Shown here piece after piece: positions 1 through 15,800 of a stretch of 32,000 nt of DNA. The notes under the pieces were generated by a model. That model was not told where the DNA came from, searched no databases, and was given only the letters and a program-made list of their open reading frames with translations. Made by a program: the position numbers and the translations under genes. Numbering within the stretch: the first letter of the stretch is position 1; each line of letters opens with the position of its first letter. The stretch spans positions 1-32,000 of the forward strand of contig LM655252.1 of assembly GCA_000953435.1 (NCBI GenBank). The letters run 5' to 3'. This stretch comes from Candidatus Johnevansia muelleri (lineage in GTDB: Bacteria; Pseudomonadota; Gammaproteobacteria; Johnevansiales; Johnevansiaceae).

Positions 1-1905
1 ATGGTCCGTATTATTGGGATTGATTTAGGTACAACAAATTCTTGTGTTGCTATACTAGATCAAAAAAAAACAATAGTTATTGAAAATGTAGAAGGTAATC
101 GTACAACACCTTCTATTGTTGCTTATACTAAGAACGGAGAAATTTTAGTAGGTCAATCTGCTAAAAGACAAGCAATTACTAATCCTATTAACACTGTATA
201 TTCGGTTAAAAGATTAATAGGTAGAAAATTTAAAGATAAAGTTGTACAAAAAGACCTTAATATGGTACCTTATAAAATAGTTGAAGCTGATAATGGTGAT
301 GCTTGGATAGAAATTAATAAAAAAAAAATTTCTCCTCCTCAAATTAGTGCAGAAATTTTAAAAAAAATGAAAAAAACTGCAGAAAATTATTTGGGTGAAC
401 AAATAACAGAAGCTGTTATTACTGTACCTGCTTATTTTAATGATGTACAAAGACAAGCAACTAAAGATGCTGGTCGTATAGCAGGAATTAATGTTAAACG
501 TATTATAAATGAACCTACAGCTGCTGCACTAGCTTATGGTATAAATAAAATTAGTGGTGAGAAAAAAATAGCTGTTTATGATTTAGGTGGAGGAACTTTT
601 GATATTTCAATTATTGAATTAGCAGATGTTGATGGTGAAACACAATTCGAAGTATTATCAACTAATGGAGATACTTTTTTAGGTGGTGAAGATTTTGATA
701 TTATTTTAATTAACTATTTAATTACTCAATTTAAATTAGAAAGTGGTATTAATTTATCATGTGATCCATTAGCTATGCAACGTTTAAAAGAAGCATCAGA
801 AAAAGCAAAAATTGAACTTTCTAGTACTAAACAAAGTGATATTAATTTACCATATATTACAGCTGATAAAACGGGACCGAAACATTTAAATATAAAAATA
901 ACTCGTGCTAAATTAGAAAATTTGGTAGAAAATCTTATTAATAAATCTTTAATTCCATGTCAAACAGCATTAACAGATGCAAATTTATCTATTTCTGATA
1001 TTAATGAAATTATATTAGTAGGTGGTCAAACTCGTATGCCTTTAGTTCAAAGTAAAGTTGAAGAATTTTTTGGTAAAAAAGTACGTAAAGATATTAATCC
1101 TGATGAAGCAGTAGCTATAGGTGCCGCTATTCAAGGAGGTGTTTTAGGAGGTGAAGTAAAAGATGTATTATTATTAGATGTTACTCCTTTAACTTTAGGA
1201 ATTGAAACACTTGGTGGTGTTATGACACCTTTAATTAATAAAAATACAACTATTCCTACTAAAAAAACACAAGTTTTTTCAACTGCTGAAGATAATCAAA
1301 GATCTGTAACAATTCATATTTTACAAGGTGAAAGAAGACAAGCTACTCAAAATAAATCTTTAGGTAAATTTGATTTATCTGATATTCCTCCAGCTCAAAG
1401 AGGAATTCCTCAAATTGAAGTATCATTTGATATAGATGCTAATGGAATACTTAATGTATTTGCAAAAGATAAATCTACAAATAAAGAACAATCAATTATT
1501 ATAAAAGCATCTGGTGGTCTTTCTGATGAAGAAATTAATCAAATGGTTAATGATGCTGAATCGCATAAAGAATCTGATAAAAAATTTGAAGAAATAGTTA
1601 CATTACGAAATAAATCAGATACTTTAATACATATGGTTCAAAAAACACTTAATGAATCATCAGATCAAATTCCATTAGAAGAAAAAAATAAAATTAAAGA
1701 AAATATATCTCTTTTAATTGAATCATTAAAAACAGAAAATTTAGAAAATATAAAAAATAATTTAGAAAAATTAGAAAATTTGTATAATATATTAATGCAA
1801 AATATTAATAATTTAATAAATAAAAATAAATCAGATAAAGATAAAGCAGAGAAAGATAAAAATGATAATATTTCTGATGCTGAATATGAAGAAATTAATG
1901 ATTAA
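1..1905 (+). CDS. dnaK: Molecular chaperone DnaK (Hsp70), full length
   Basis: 634-aa ORF starting at the window's first base. N-terminus [14 protein letters not shown], motifs DLGGGTFD and VGGQTRMP, acidic C-terminus AEYEEIND. Collinear with E. coli DnaK. TAA stop at 1903-1905. Confidence 0.97.
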   Translation: MVRIIGIDLGTTNSCVAILDQKKTIVIENVEGNRTTPSIVAYTKNGEILVGQSAKRQAITNPINTVYSVKRLIGRKFKDKVVQKDLNMVPYKIVEADNGDAWIEINKKKISPPQISAEILKKMKKTAENYLGEQITEAVITVPAYFNDVQRQATKDAGRIAGINVKRIINEPTAAALAYGINKISGEKKIAVYDLGGGTFDISIIELADVDGETQFEVLSTNGDTFLGGEDFDIILINYLITQFKLESGINLSCDPLAMQRLKEASEKAKIELSSTKQSDINLPYITADKTGPKHLNIKITRAKLENLVENLINKSLIPCQTALTDANLSISDINEIILVGGQTRMPLVQSKVEEFFGKKVRKDINPDEAVAIGAAIQGGVLGGEVKDVLLLDVTPLTLGIETLGGVMTPLINKNTTIPTKKTQVFSTAEDNQRSVTIHILQGERRQATQNKSLGKFDLSDIPPAQRGIPQIEVSFDIDANGILNVFAKDKSTNKEQSIIIKASGGLSDEEINQMVNDAESHKESDKKFEEIVTLRNKSDTLIHMVQKTLNESSDQIPLEEKNKIKENISLLIESLKTENLENIKNNLEKLENLYNILMQNINNLINKNKSDKDKAEKDKNDNISDAEYEEIND

Positions 1906-1945
1906 ATATAAAGTGTTATAATTTAATTATAATAAATAATTTACT

Positions 1946-2267
1946 TAGAAATATGATATTTATATTAGATTAGAAATATGATAGTTATAGATATTTATAT
2001 TAGATTAGAAATATGAGATTTATATTAGATTAGAAATATGATAGTTATAGATATTTATATTAGATTAGAAATATGAGATTTATATTAGATTAGAAATATG
2101 ATAGTTATAGATATTTATATTAGATTAGAAATATGATATTTATATTAGATTAGAAATATGATAGTTATAGATATTTATATTAGATTAGAAATATGATATT
2201 TATATTAGATTAGAAATATGATAGTTATAGATATTTATATTAGATTAGAAATATGATATTTATATTA
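1946..2267. repeat. Tandem array, 60-bp period, about 5.4 copies, in the dnaK-dnaJ spacer
   Basis: Read directly. Alternating 25-bp (tagaaatatgaKatttatattagat) and 35-bp (tagaaatatgatagttatagatatttatattagat) subunits give an exact 60-bp period. The second and third short units carry G where the others carry T. The array is bracketed by an exact 22-nt direct repeat attataataaataatttactta at 1926-1947 and 2264-2285. All six frames of the unit contain stops. Confidence 0.97.
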
Positions 2268-2350
2268 TAATAAATAATTTACTTATAAATATGAATATTT
2301 TAAAATATAAATTTTTAATTAAATTTTCAATTACTTATGAAAATTTCATT

Positions 2351-3460
2351 ATGGTAAAACGTGATTATTATGAAATATTAGGTATTTCAAAACACGCCGA
2401 TTTAACAGATATAAAAAAAGCATATAGGAAATTAGCACAAAAATATCATCCTGATAGAAATCCAAGTAAAGAAGCTGAAATTAAATTTCGTGAAATATCG
2501 GAAGCTTATGATACCCTTTCAGTAGTGAAAAAACGTGCTAATTATGATAAATTTGGTCATTCAAATAATGATAGTAATAGTAATAGTACAGGTTTTGGTG
2601 ATATTTTTAATGATGTTTTTAGTGATATTTTTAGTAATCGTAATAAAAACACCCAAAGTAAAACTGGATCAGATTTACATTATGAAATAGAAATTACTCT
2701 TGAAGAAGCTGTATATGGAACTAATCTTGATATAAGTATACCTAGGTTAATAAAATGTAAAATTTGCAAAGGAGAAGGATCAGAACCTGGTACGAGAAAA
2801 CGTACATGTAATACATGTAATGGTATAGGACAAATAAGAATACAACAAGGATTTATAATAATTCAACAAACATGTCATAAATGTAATGGTCAAGGTTATA
2901 AAATTGACATGCCATGTTATAAATGTCATGGCCACGGGTTATTACGTGAAAAGTGTTTATTATTAATTAACATACCTGAAGGTATTGATAATGGAGATAA
3001 ATTACGTATCCATGGAAAAGGAGATTGTGGTGAAAAAGGTTCTTATCCAGGTGATCTTTATATTAAAATTAAAATAAAAAATCATCTTATATTTGAACGT
3101 AAATTTTTTGATTTATATTGTGATATACATGTAAATTTTATAGATGCTACTTTAGGTGGAGATTTAATAGTTCCTACATTAAAGGGCAGAGTAAAACTTA
3201 AAATTCCACCAGAAACTCAAACAGGAAAAGTTTTTAGATTACGTAGAAAAGGTGTAAAATCACTTACTAACAATTCTATTGGATATTTATTTTGTAAAAT
3301 AATTTTAGAAACGCCAATGAATCTTAATAAAACTCAAAAAAAACTATTAAAAGATTTAAAAAATAATATTAATGGAAAAATTCCTGAAACTACCCCTTTA
3401 CCTAATAGATGGTTTAATGAAGTTAAAAAATTTTTTGAAAATATGTTTTTACGAAATTAA
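2351..3460 (+). CDS. dnaJ: Co-chaperone DnaJ (Hsp40)
   Basis: [14 protein letters not shown] aligns with the E. coli DnaJ N-terminus MAKQDYYEILGVSK. It has the HPD tripeptide (YHPDRNP), a short G/F region and four CxxCxGxG zinc motifs ([32 protein letters not shown]). The ORF-track start at 2291 adds 20 residues that lie in the right-hand flank of the repeat array; I prefer the ATG at 2351. Confidence 0.92.
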   Translation: MVKRDYYEILGISKHADLTDIKKAYRKLAQKYHPDRNPSKEAEIKFREISEAYDTLSVVKKRANYDKFGHSNNDSNSNSTGFGDIFNDVFSDIFSNRNKNTQSKTGSDLHYEIEITLEEAVYGTNLDISIPRLIKCKICKGEGSEPGTRKRTCNTCNGIGQIRIQQGFIIIQQTCHKCNGQGYKIDMPCYKCHGHGLLREKCLLLINIPEGIDNGDKLRIHGKGDCGEKGSYPGDLYIKIKIKNHLIFERKFFDLYCDIHVNFIDATLGGDLIVPTLKGRVKLKIPPETQTGKVFRLRRKGVKSLTNNSIGYLFCKIILETPMNLNKTQKKLLKDLKNNINGKIPETTPLPNRWFNEVKKFFENMFLRN

Positions 3461-3477
3461 TTTTTTAAAGGATATTT

Positions 3478-4239
3478 ATGATATTACGTGTTGCTGTTTT
3501 GGGTTGTAATGGACGTATGGGAAGAAAAATAGTTCAAATAATATTAAAAGATAAATATTTCAAATTAAATGGTGCAATTGTACGTAAAAATAGTAAATTA
3601 ATTGGTATTGATATTGGGGAATTAATAGGTGTAGGAAATATAGGTTTAAAAATTTCAGATTCATTAACTAATATTGTTAATAAAATTGATATTTTAATTG
3701 ATTTTACTAATCCAGATTTTACTATGAAAAATATTTTATTTTGTAAAAAATATAATAAATCAATAGTAATTGGTACGACAGGGTTTTCTAAAAAACAACT
3801 TGATATCATTGAAAAATATAAATTATATATACCTTTTATATTTTGCGCAAACATGAGTACAGGTATTAATATTTTATGTAAATTAATTAAAGTAACAACA
3901 AATACTTTAAAAAAAGAAAATTTAGATATAGAAATAATTGAAAAACATCATATAAATAAATTAGATGTACCTTCAGGTACAACATTAATGTTTGCGCGTA
4001 TTATAAATAATACATTAACAAATTATAAATTGGGTATTTCTTCAATAAGATTAGGAGATATTATAGGTGAACATAAAATAATTTTCTATAATAAAGATGA
4101 AATTATTGAAATTTCTCATAAAGCATTAAATCGTTATATTTTTGCAAATGGAGCGTTAATAGCAGCGAACTGGCTTAAAAATAAACAAGTGGGATGTTAT
4201 AATATGCAAGATGTTTTAAATTTGAAAAATAATATGTAA
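3478..4239 (+). CDS. dapB: 4-hydroxy-tetrahydrodipicolinate reductase
   Basis: 253-aa ORF. N-terminal nucleotide-binding motif VLGCNGRMGR. EKHHINKLDVPSGT matches the DapB motif E(A)HHxxKxDxPSGT. AAGGA Shine-Dalgarno-like sequence a few nt upstream. Confidence 0.93.
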   Translation: MILRVAVLGCNGRMGRKIVQIILKDKYFKLNGAIVRKNSKLIGIDIGELIGVGNIGLKISDSLTNIVNKIDILIDFTNPDFTMKNILFCKKYNKSIVIGTTGFSKKQLDIIEKYKLYIPFIFCANMSTGINILCKLIKVTTNTLKKENLDIEIIEKHHINKLDVPSGTTLMFARIINNTLTNYKLGISSIRLGDIIGEHKIIFYNKDEIIEISHKALNRYIFANGALIAANWLKNKQVGCYNMQDVLNLKNNM

Positions 4240-4396
4240 ATATTTCATATATATTATATATTGAGATATATTTAATATATATATAATATATTAAATGTTA
4301 TTGGGATAGGTTATGTTTTATATTGTAAGTGATTAAGTCATAAAATATTCGATATTAAATCGAATTTAGACTAATAAAAGTTATATTAAATATATT

Positions 4397-5948
<1,552 letters not shown>

Positions 5949-6029
5949 AAAGATAAAATCACAATTTAACAGTTTAATAACTTATCCCATTTAATAAAAT
6001 AATATTATTTATTATTAATTTTTTTATAT
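5949..6029 (+). other. 16S-23S internal transcribed spacer, about 81 bp, no tRNA gene
   Basis: AT-rich spacer between the 16S 3' end and the 23S 5' end. It is too short for a tRNA and has no cloverleaf-compatible sequence. Confidence 0.9.
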
Positions 6030-9007
<2,978 letters not shown>

Positions 9008-9026
9008 ATAAAATAAATTTTATAAA

Positions 9027-9334
9027 TATAAATAGCATTTATTTTAAGCTTTTTTTAATATATCAATGGCCTTTAAAGCTTTTTTTAATATATCAATGGC
9101 ATTTAAAGCTTTTTTTAATATATCAATGGCCTTTAAAGCTTTTTTTAATATATCAATGGCATTTATTTTAAGCTTTTTTTAATATATCAATGGCCTTTAA
9201 AGCTTTTTTTAATATATCAATGGCATTTAAAGCTTTTTTTAAGATATCAATGGCATTTATTTTAAGCTGTTTTTAATAAATCAATGGCATTTAGTTTAAG
9301 CTTTTTTTAATATATCAATGGCCTTTATTTTAAG
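9027..9334. repeat. Tandem array of about 10 units (30 or 34 bp) between the 23S 3' end and the metX stop
   Basis: Read directly. The unit is tatcaatggcMttta(tttt)aagctttttttaata. The tatcaatggc core recurs at 9061, 9091, 9121, 9151, 9185, 9215, 9245, 9279 and 9313, with a degenerate copy at 9027. C and A variants alternate through the first six full units, giving a 60/64-bp higher-order period; the last three are A, A, C. The final unit contains the metX stop codon (9330-9332). Confidence 0.97.
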
Positions 9335-10436
9335 GTGTTATAATATAACAATAATTTTTTTTATAATTAATAAAACCATATAATATACTTATATAATTCA
9401 TATTAAATAACAAAAATCCATCATGACCTTTATTAAAATTAACATTAAAGTAACGTACACGATTACTAATTGTTAATAAAATATTAACTAATTTTTTAGA
9501 ACGTTTATATGAAAATCTACAATCATTAATAAAACTTATTATTAAAAATCTACATTGAATAAATTTAATTGTTTTATAAATAAATAAATTAAATTTTTTA
9601 ATATAATTAAAAAAGTCTAAAATTTTCGTCATTATAATATAAGAATTACTATCAAAATAGTGATAAAAATTATATCCTTTATTTATTAAATATGATTTTA
9701 TTTTAAAATTTTTAAAAAATTTTTTATATAAATTTCGGTTAAATGTAATAGTTAAATATATTTCTGATAAATAAGTAAGATGTCCTAACATTCTTGCTAA
9801 GTTAATATATTTACTTATATTTTTATATAAATTATATGAATAAAACCATCCTTTTTTAAAATTTAAATTAAATTTAATAGATTGTCTTGCTAGTTCATTG
9901 AATGCTATATTTTGTGAATTCAATTTATTAGTTGATGCAATAATAATTGCATTATATATTTTAGTAGGAAATTTATTTGACCATTCTAATACTTGCATCC
10001 CACCTAAACTACCTCCAATAATATTTAAAAATTTTAAAATACCTAAATTATAAGCTAATTTTGATTGATTTTTTATTAAATCATTTAAAGTTATAATTGG
10101 AAAATTAGGTCCCCATATATTATTATTTTTTTTATTAATAATATTTGGTCCTATACTTCCATGACATCCACCCAGATTATTTAACGTAATTAAAAAATAA
10201 TTATTTGTATTAATACTTTTTTTATATCCTATATGTACATTCCACCATCCAGGTTTTGGATCTTCAGGATAAAATCCTGCAGCATGGTGATTACTAGCTA
10301 ATGCATGACAAATTAAAATTACATTATTATATTTTATTATTCCATAATTTTCATATATAATATTATATTTATAAATAGTTTTACCACTTATTAAAATTAA
10401 ATTTTGGTTAAAACACATATTTTTTGCATTAACCAA
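9330..10436 (-). CDS. metX: Homoserine O-acyltransferase (MetX family; acetyl versus succinyl specificity not determinable)
   Basis: 368-aa ORF with an alpha/beta-hydrolase fold. It has ICHALASNHHAAG, the nucleophile elbow GGSLGGMQ, and downstream Asp (ISFINDCRF) and His (NKGHDGFL) as in the MetX catalytic triad. The ORF-track start at 10436 is a TTG; an in-frame ATG lies at 10418 (codon 7), so the start is ambiguous. Confidence 0.87.
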   Translation of the reverse strand: MVNAKNMCFNQNLILISGKTIYKYNIIYENYGIIKYNNVILICHALASNHHAAGFYPEDPKPGWWNVHIGYKKSINTNNYFLITLNNLGGCHGSIGPNIINKKNNNIWGPNFPIITLNDLIKNQSKLAYNLGILKFLNIIGGSLGGMQVLEWSNKFPTKIYNAIIIASTNKLNSQNIAFNELARQSIKFNLNFKKGWFYSYNLYKNISKYINLARMLGHLTYLSEIYLTITFNRNLYKKFFKNFKIKSYLINKGYNFYHYFDSNSYIIMTKILDFFNYIKKFNLFIYKTIKFIQCRFLIISFINDCRFSYKRSKKLVNILLTISNRVRYFNVNFNKGHDGFLLFNMNYISILYGFINYKKNYCYIITP

Positions 10437-10464
10437 ACCTATTGATTTTTTATAAATAATAATT

Positions 10465-11682
10465 ATGAATTTAAATTATATTATTAAAACAATTAAATTT
10501 GGTATTTATAGTATTTTAAATGAAAAAAAATTAATTGAAAAATTAAAATTAGGTAAAAAATTACGAATTAAAGCTGGGTTTGATCCTACTACTTCCAATA
10601 TTCATTTAGGTCATATTGTATTAATTAATAAATTAATACAATTTCAAAAATTGGGACATGAAATTCAAATTATTATAGGAGATTTTACTGCTAGAATAGG
10701 TGATCCTACAGGTAAAAATATTTTTCGTAAATCTTTAACAAAAGAAGAAGTAAATTTAAATTCTATAAAATTTAAAAATAATATAATTAATATTTTTAAT
10801 AATAATATTAAAATTTTTTTTAATTCTAAATGGATGGACAAATTATCAGCATCAAAACTTATTGACTTATCATCTAATTTTTCTGTAGCACGTATGTTAG
10901 AAAGAGATAATTTTTATAAAAGATATAAATCTAAATATTATATTTCTATTCAAGAGTTTATGTATCCTATTATACAAGGTTATGATTCAGTAATACTTAA
11001 ATCTGATATTGAGATTGGAGGATCTGATCAAATTTTTAATTTACTAATGGGTCGTAATATACAAAAAAAAATGTTTCAAGACCCTCAAATTATTATTACA
11101 ATGCCTATTTTAATAGGTATTGATGGTTATAAAAAAATGTCAAAATCTTTATATAATTCTATAAATATTAATGATAACCCTGGGAAAATATTTCAAAAAA
11201 TTATTTCTATTCCTGACCATTTAATTTTGAAATATTTAGAATTACTTTCTTTACGTCCTATAATTGAAATTAAATATATGATTAAGCAAATAATTAAAGG
11301 TTATAATCCACAAATTATTAAAAAAATTCTTGCAAAAGAAATAATAAAAAGATTTTATGGAAATGATATTGCGCAAAATGCACATAAATTAATTGGTAAT
11401 ATATTTAATAATGGAAATTTACCTATAAATATTCCCAAAATTGAACTTTATATTGATAATATTATTATTCCTTTAGCATCTGTACTAAATATTTCAAAAT
11501 TAGTTAAAAATAGTGCTCAAGCAAAAGATTTATTATTAAATAAACGAGTAAAAGTAAATGGTAATATAGTAGATATAAGATATAATCTGAAATTAGGAAA
11601 TTATTATATTCAAGCTGGAAAAAAAAACTTTGCACATATTTTTATAAAAAATAAAAAATTAATAAATATTGGAGAAAAATAA
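10465..11682 (+). CDS. tyrS: Tyrosine--tRNA ligase (TyrZ-like subtype)
   Basis: 405-aa ORF. HIGH-type motif NIHLGH and KMSKS motif KKMSKS. GDFTARIGDPTGK is typical of the TyrZ/type 2 subfamily. C-terminal S4-like domain. Confidence 0.93.
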   Translation: MNLNYIIKTIKFGIYSILNEKKLIEKLKLGKKLRIKAGFDPTTSNIHLGHIVLINKLIQFQKLGHEIQIIIGDFTARIGDPTGKNIFRKSLTKEEVNLNSIKFKNNIINIFNNNIKIFFNSKWMDKLSASKLIDLSSNFSVARMLERDNFYKRYKSKYYISIQEFMYPIIQGYDSVILKSDIEIGGSDQIFNLLMGRNIQKKMFQDPQIIITMPILIGIDGYKKMSKSLYNSININDNPGKIFQKIISIPDHLILKYLELLSLRPIIEIKYMIKQIIKGYNPQIIKKILAKEIIKRFYGNDIAQNAHKLIGNIFNNGNLPINIPKIELYIDNIIIPLASVLNISKLVKNSAQAKDLLLNKRVKVNGNIVDIRYNLKLGNYYIQAGKKNFAHIFIKNKKLINIGEK

Positions 11683-11684
11683 AA

Positions 11685-12806
11685 TTGATAAAAAAAGCAA
11701 TTTTAGCTTTGGAAGATGGAAATATTTTTCATGGTATTTCTATTGGAGTAGATGGATTAATTAGTGGTGAAATAGTTTTTAATACATCTATGACAGGTTA
11801 TCAAGAAATTTTAACTGATCCTTCTTATTTAAAACAAATTATAGTATTTACTTCTTCTCACATAGGAAATACAGGAATTAATAAAGAAGATATAGAATCT
11901 TATAATATTTTTGTATCAGGATTAATAATACATGACTTACCTAGTTATTATAGTAATTTTCGTAGTGTTATGTCTCTAAAAAAATATTTAATTTTAAATA
12001 ATATAATTTGTATTTCAAATATTGATACCCGTAAATTAACAAGACTTATACGTAATAAAAATATAAAAAATGTAACTATTTTATCAGGTGAAATATCATA
12101 TAAAAATATAAAGTTAGCTATAACTGCAGCTAAAAATTTTCATGTTTTTAATTATATTAATATTAATAATATAACACATGATTATAATCACATACAATTA
12201 ATATTAGATAAAAAATCTATTAATTTAAAAAATAATTATAATATAGTTTATTATGATTTGGGGAGTAAATATAATATATTTAGAATTTTAACAAAATTAG
12301 GTTGTAAATTACATATTATAAACCAGAACGCTTCATTATCTGAAATTATAAAATTTAATCCAGATGGTATTTTTTTATCTAATGGTCCCGGAGATCCTAA
12401 TGATTTTAAGAATACTATTACTGTAATTAAAGAATTATGTAAAAAACAAATACCTATATTTGGTATTTGTTTAGGACATCAACTTTTAGCAATTGCAAGT
12501 GGAGCAAAAACTAAAAAAATGAAATATGGTCATCATGGTTCAAATCATCCTATTCAAGATATTGTTACAGGTAAATTAATGATTACTAGTCAAAATCATA
12601 ATTTTATAGTAGATGAAAAAACATTATCTAATAAATTAAGAGTAACACATAGATCTTTGTTTGATGGGACTTTACAAGGTATAGAAAGAATTGATTGTCC
12701 AGCATTTAGTTTTCAGGGACATCCTGAAGCAAGTCCCGGCCCACATGATTTATTTTTATTATTTTCTCGTTTTATATCAATTATAAAGAAATATAAATTA
12801 CATTAA
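11685..12806 (+). CDS. carA: Carbamoyl-phosphate synthase small (glutaminase) subunit
   Basis: [17 protein letters not shown] aligns residue for residue with E. coli CarA MIKSALLVLEDGTQFHG, which supports the TTG start at 11685. It has [16 protein letters not shown], catalytic GICLGHQLL and [17 protein letters not shown] lies about 11 nt upstream. Confidence 0.95.
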   Translation: MIKKAILALEDGNIFHGISIGVDGLISGEIVFNTSMTGYQEILTDPSYLKQIIVFTSSHIGNTGINKEDIESYNIFVSGLIIHDLPSYYSNFRSVMSLKKYLILNNIICISNIDTRKLTRLIRNKNIKNVTILSGEISYKNIKLAITAAKNFHVFNYININNITHDYNHIQLILDKKSINLKNNYNIVYYDLGSKYNIFRILTKLGCKLHIINQNASLSEIIKFNPDGIFLSNGPGDPNDFKNTITVIKELCKKQIPIFGICLGHQLLAIASGAKTKKMKYGHHGSNHPIQDIVTGKLMITSQNHNFIVDEKTLSNKLRVTHRSLFDGTLQGIERIDCPAFSFQGHPEASPGPHDLFLLFSRFISIIKKYKLH

Positions 12807-12831
12807 AAATTATTATAGTAATGGATATATT

Positions 12832-15800
12832 ATGTCTAAACGTAATGACATTAAAAGTGTTCTGATAATAGGATCAGGACCTATAGTAATTGGTCAAGCA
12901 TGTGAATTTGATTATTCAGGGGCACAAGCCTGTAAAGCTTTACAAGAAGAAAATATTAAAATTATATTAATTAATTCTAATCCAGCTACTATTATGACTG
13001 ACCCCGGGATGGCAGATGTAACATATATTGAACCTATTAATTTTCAATCAATTTATCAAATAATAAACAAAGAAAAACCTGATGCTATATTACCTACTAT
13101 GGGGGGGCAAACAGCTTTAAATTGTGCATTAAACCTTCATAATTTAGGTATACTAAAAAAATTTAATATAGAAATGATCGGGGCCAATGTAAATGCCATT
13201 TTAAAAGCAGAAAATCGTGCTAAATTTGATTTAGCTATGAAAAAAATAGGATTAGAATGTCCTAAATCTGGAATTGCTCATAATATGGAAGAAGCATGTA
13301 ATATTATATCATATATAGGATTTCCTTGTATTATACGTCCCTCTTTTACTATGGGTGGATCTGGAGGAGGAGTAGCTTATAATATAAAAGAATTTAAAAA
13401 TATTTGTAAAAATGGTTTTAAATTATCACCTATACATGAATTATTAATTGATGAATCTTTATTGGGTTGGAAAGAATATGAAATGGAAGTAGTACGTGAT
13501 AAAAAAGATAATGCAATTATTGTTTGTACAATTGAAAATTTTGATCCAATGGGTATACATACTGGTGATTCAATAACAATTGCTCCAGCCCAAACATTAA
13601 CAGATAAAGAATATCAAATTATGCGTAATGCTTCAATAGCAGTATTACGTGAAATAGGTGTTGAAAATGGAGGGTCAAATGTTCAATTTGGTATAAATTA
13701 TAAAACTGGACGTATGATAGTTATAGAAATGAATCCACGTGTTTCCAGATCATCTGCATTAGCATCTAAAGCAACTGGGTTTCCTATTGCTAAAATAGCA
13801 ACTAAATTAGCTTTAGGTTATACATTAAATGAATTAAAAAATGATGTTACAGGTGGGTTAACACCTATTTATTTTGAACCTGTATTAGATTATGTAGTTA
13901 CTAAAGTTCCTCGTTTTAATTTTGAAAAATTTCCTAAAGCTAATAAAATTTTAACAACTCAAATGAAATCTATTGGTGAAGTAATGTCAATAGGTCGAAA
14001 TTTTAAAGAATCTTTACAAAAAGCACTAATTAGTCTTGAAATAGGTGTAACTGGAATACATTCAAATTTAATCTCCTTAAACATTAAAAATTATTATTAT
14101 AAAATAAAACAAGAATTAAAATATCCAGGATATGATCGGATATTTTATATATCATATGGATTTAAATATGGAATGTCTATAAATGAAATTTTTAATTTAT
14201 CTAAAATAGATAAATGGTTTTTAAACCAAATAAAAGAGATAGTAACTGTTGACCAACATATTTTTAATCATAAATTTTCAACCATTAATTATAATAATTT
14301 ATTCAATTATAAAAAACAAGGATTTAGTGATGCAAGATTAGCAGAGTTGTTAAATATAACTGAAAATTCTTTAAGAAATTATAGACATAATTTAAATATT
14401 TATCCAGTATATAAAACTGTTGATACTTGTTCAGGTGAATTTCCTAATTTTACAAATTATCTATATTCTACTTATGAAGAAGAATGTGAAATAAAAATAT
14501 CAAATAAAAAAAAAATAATTATATTAGGTGGAGGACCAAATAGAATTGGTCAAGGAATTGAATTTGATTATTGTTGTGTTCATGCAACATTGGCATTACA
14601 AGAATGTGGTTATGAAATAATTATTATAAATTGTAATCCTGAAACAGTTTCTACTGATTATGATATAAGTGATCGTCTTTATTTTGAACCATTAACATTT
14701 GAAAGCATAATTGAAATTATAATTAAAGAAAAACCAATAGGTGTAATAATCCAATTCGGTGGGCAAACTCCATTAAAATTATCAAATTCTCTTTATAAAG
14801 CAGGAGTAAAAATTCTAGGTACAATACCTGATGTTATAGATACATGTGAAAATAGAGAAAGATTTAAAAAACTAATACAAAATTTGAATTTACTTCAACC
14901 AAAAAATATAATTGCATATAATATAAAAGAAGCTAATGATAGAGTTAAAAATTTTTTAGGTTATCCATTAATAATTAGACCTTCTTATGTTTTAGGAGGT
15001 CGTGCTATGGAAATTATTTATAATAATATTGAATTAAATTATTATTTTATTAATAATAATGAAATTACTAATAAAAATCCCATTTTATTAGAACTGTTTC
15101 TTAATAATGCAATTGAAATTGATATTGATGTAATTTCAGATGGTAAACAAGTTATTATAGGTGGTTTAATGCAACATGTAGAATATGCTGGAGTTCATTC
15201 TGGAGATTCAGCTTGTTCTTTACCTGCTTATTTTTTATCTCAAAAAATTCAAAATAAAATTAGAGAACAAATTAAAATAATAGCCTTAGAATTAAATATT
15301 ATTGGTATGATGAATGTACAAGTTGCTTTAAAAGATAATCAAATTTATATTTTAGAGGTAAATCCTAGAGCTTCACGTACAATACCATTTGTTTCAAAAT
15401 GTATTGGTATATCTTTAACTCAAATTGCTGCACTTTGTATGATAGGTATTACTCTTTCGCAACAAAATTTTACAGAAGAAATACTCCCTAAATTATATTG
15501 TATTAAAGAAGCAATTTTACCTTTTTATAAATTTCCTGGTGTAGATCCAATATTATCACCAGAAATGAAATCTACTGGTGAAGTTATGGGAATTGGTTCT
15601 TCTTTTGAAGAAGCATATTATAAAACACAATTAGAATCAAATAAATTTCTTTTAAAAGTAAATTATAAAGATATTGTTTTAATTTATATTCAAAATTGTG
15701 ATATAAAATTTATTATAAAAATATGTAAATTACTAATATCATTAGGATTTACATTAATAGTAATGGGTATTAATGCTCGTTTATTATTAAAATATAAAAT

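Noticed and set aside
1946-2267. Possible CRISPR array (regular 25-bp repeats)
   Set aside because: The sequences between repeats are identical in every unit (either nothing or the same 10-nt insert), so there are no unique spacers. No cas genes are present. This is a plain tandem duplication.
2291-2350. 20-residue N-terminal extension of DnaJ from the ORF track
   Set aside because: It has no homology to DnaJ, its ATG lies in the repeat flank, and Met21 aligns with residue 1 of E. coli DnaJ.
3534-3854. 106-aa antisense ORF within dapB
   Set aside because: It is a low-complexity shadow frame opposite a well-supported CDS.
4240-4396. rRNA promoter candidates, for example ttgaga at 4261 with tataat at 4282 (15-nt spacer), and a small hairpin attcgat/atcgaat at about 4347-4365
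   Set aside because: In sequence this AT-rich, -10-like hexamers occur everywhere. Spacing is suboptimal and several alternatives score about the same. No promoter can be called without transcription start data.
9008-9329. Looked for a 5S rRNA gene downstream of 23S
   Set aside because: No segment resembles 5S, and the conserved ccgaactcagaagtgaaac-type core is absent. The space is filled by the tandem array. A covariance-model scan would be definitive.
9027-9334. Possible CRISPR array or a decayed coding repeat
   Set aside because: The units are head to tail with no spacers. On the minus strand the 30-bp units read as an LKKALKAIDI decapeptide repeat, but that frame is open for only about 44 codons (roughly 9047-9178). 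It has no start codon, and the 4-nt indels of the long units break it.
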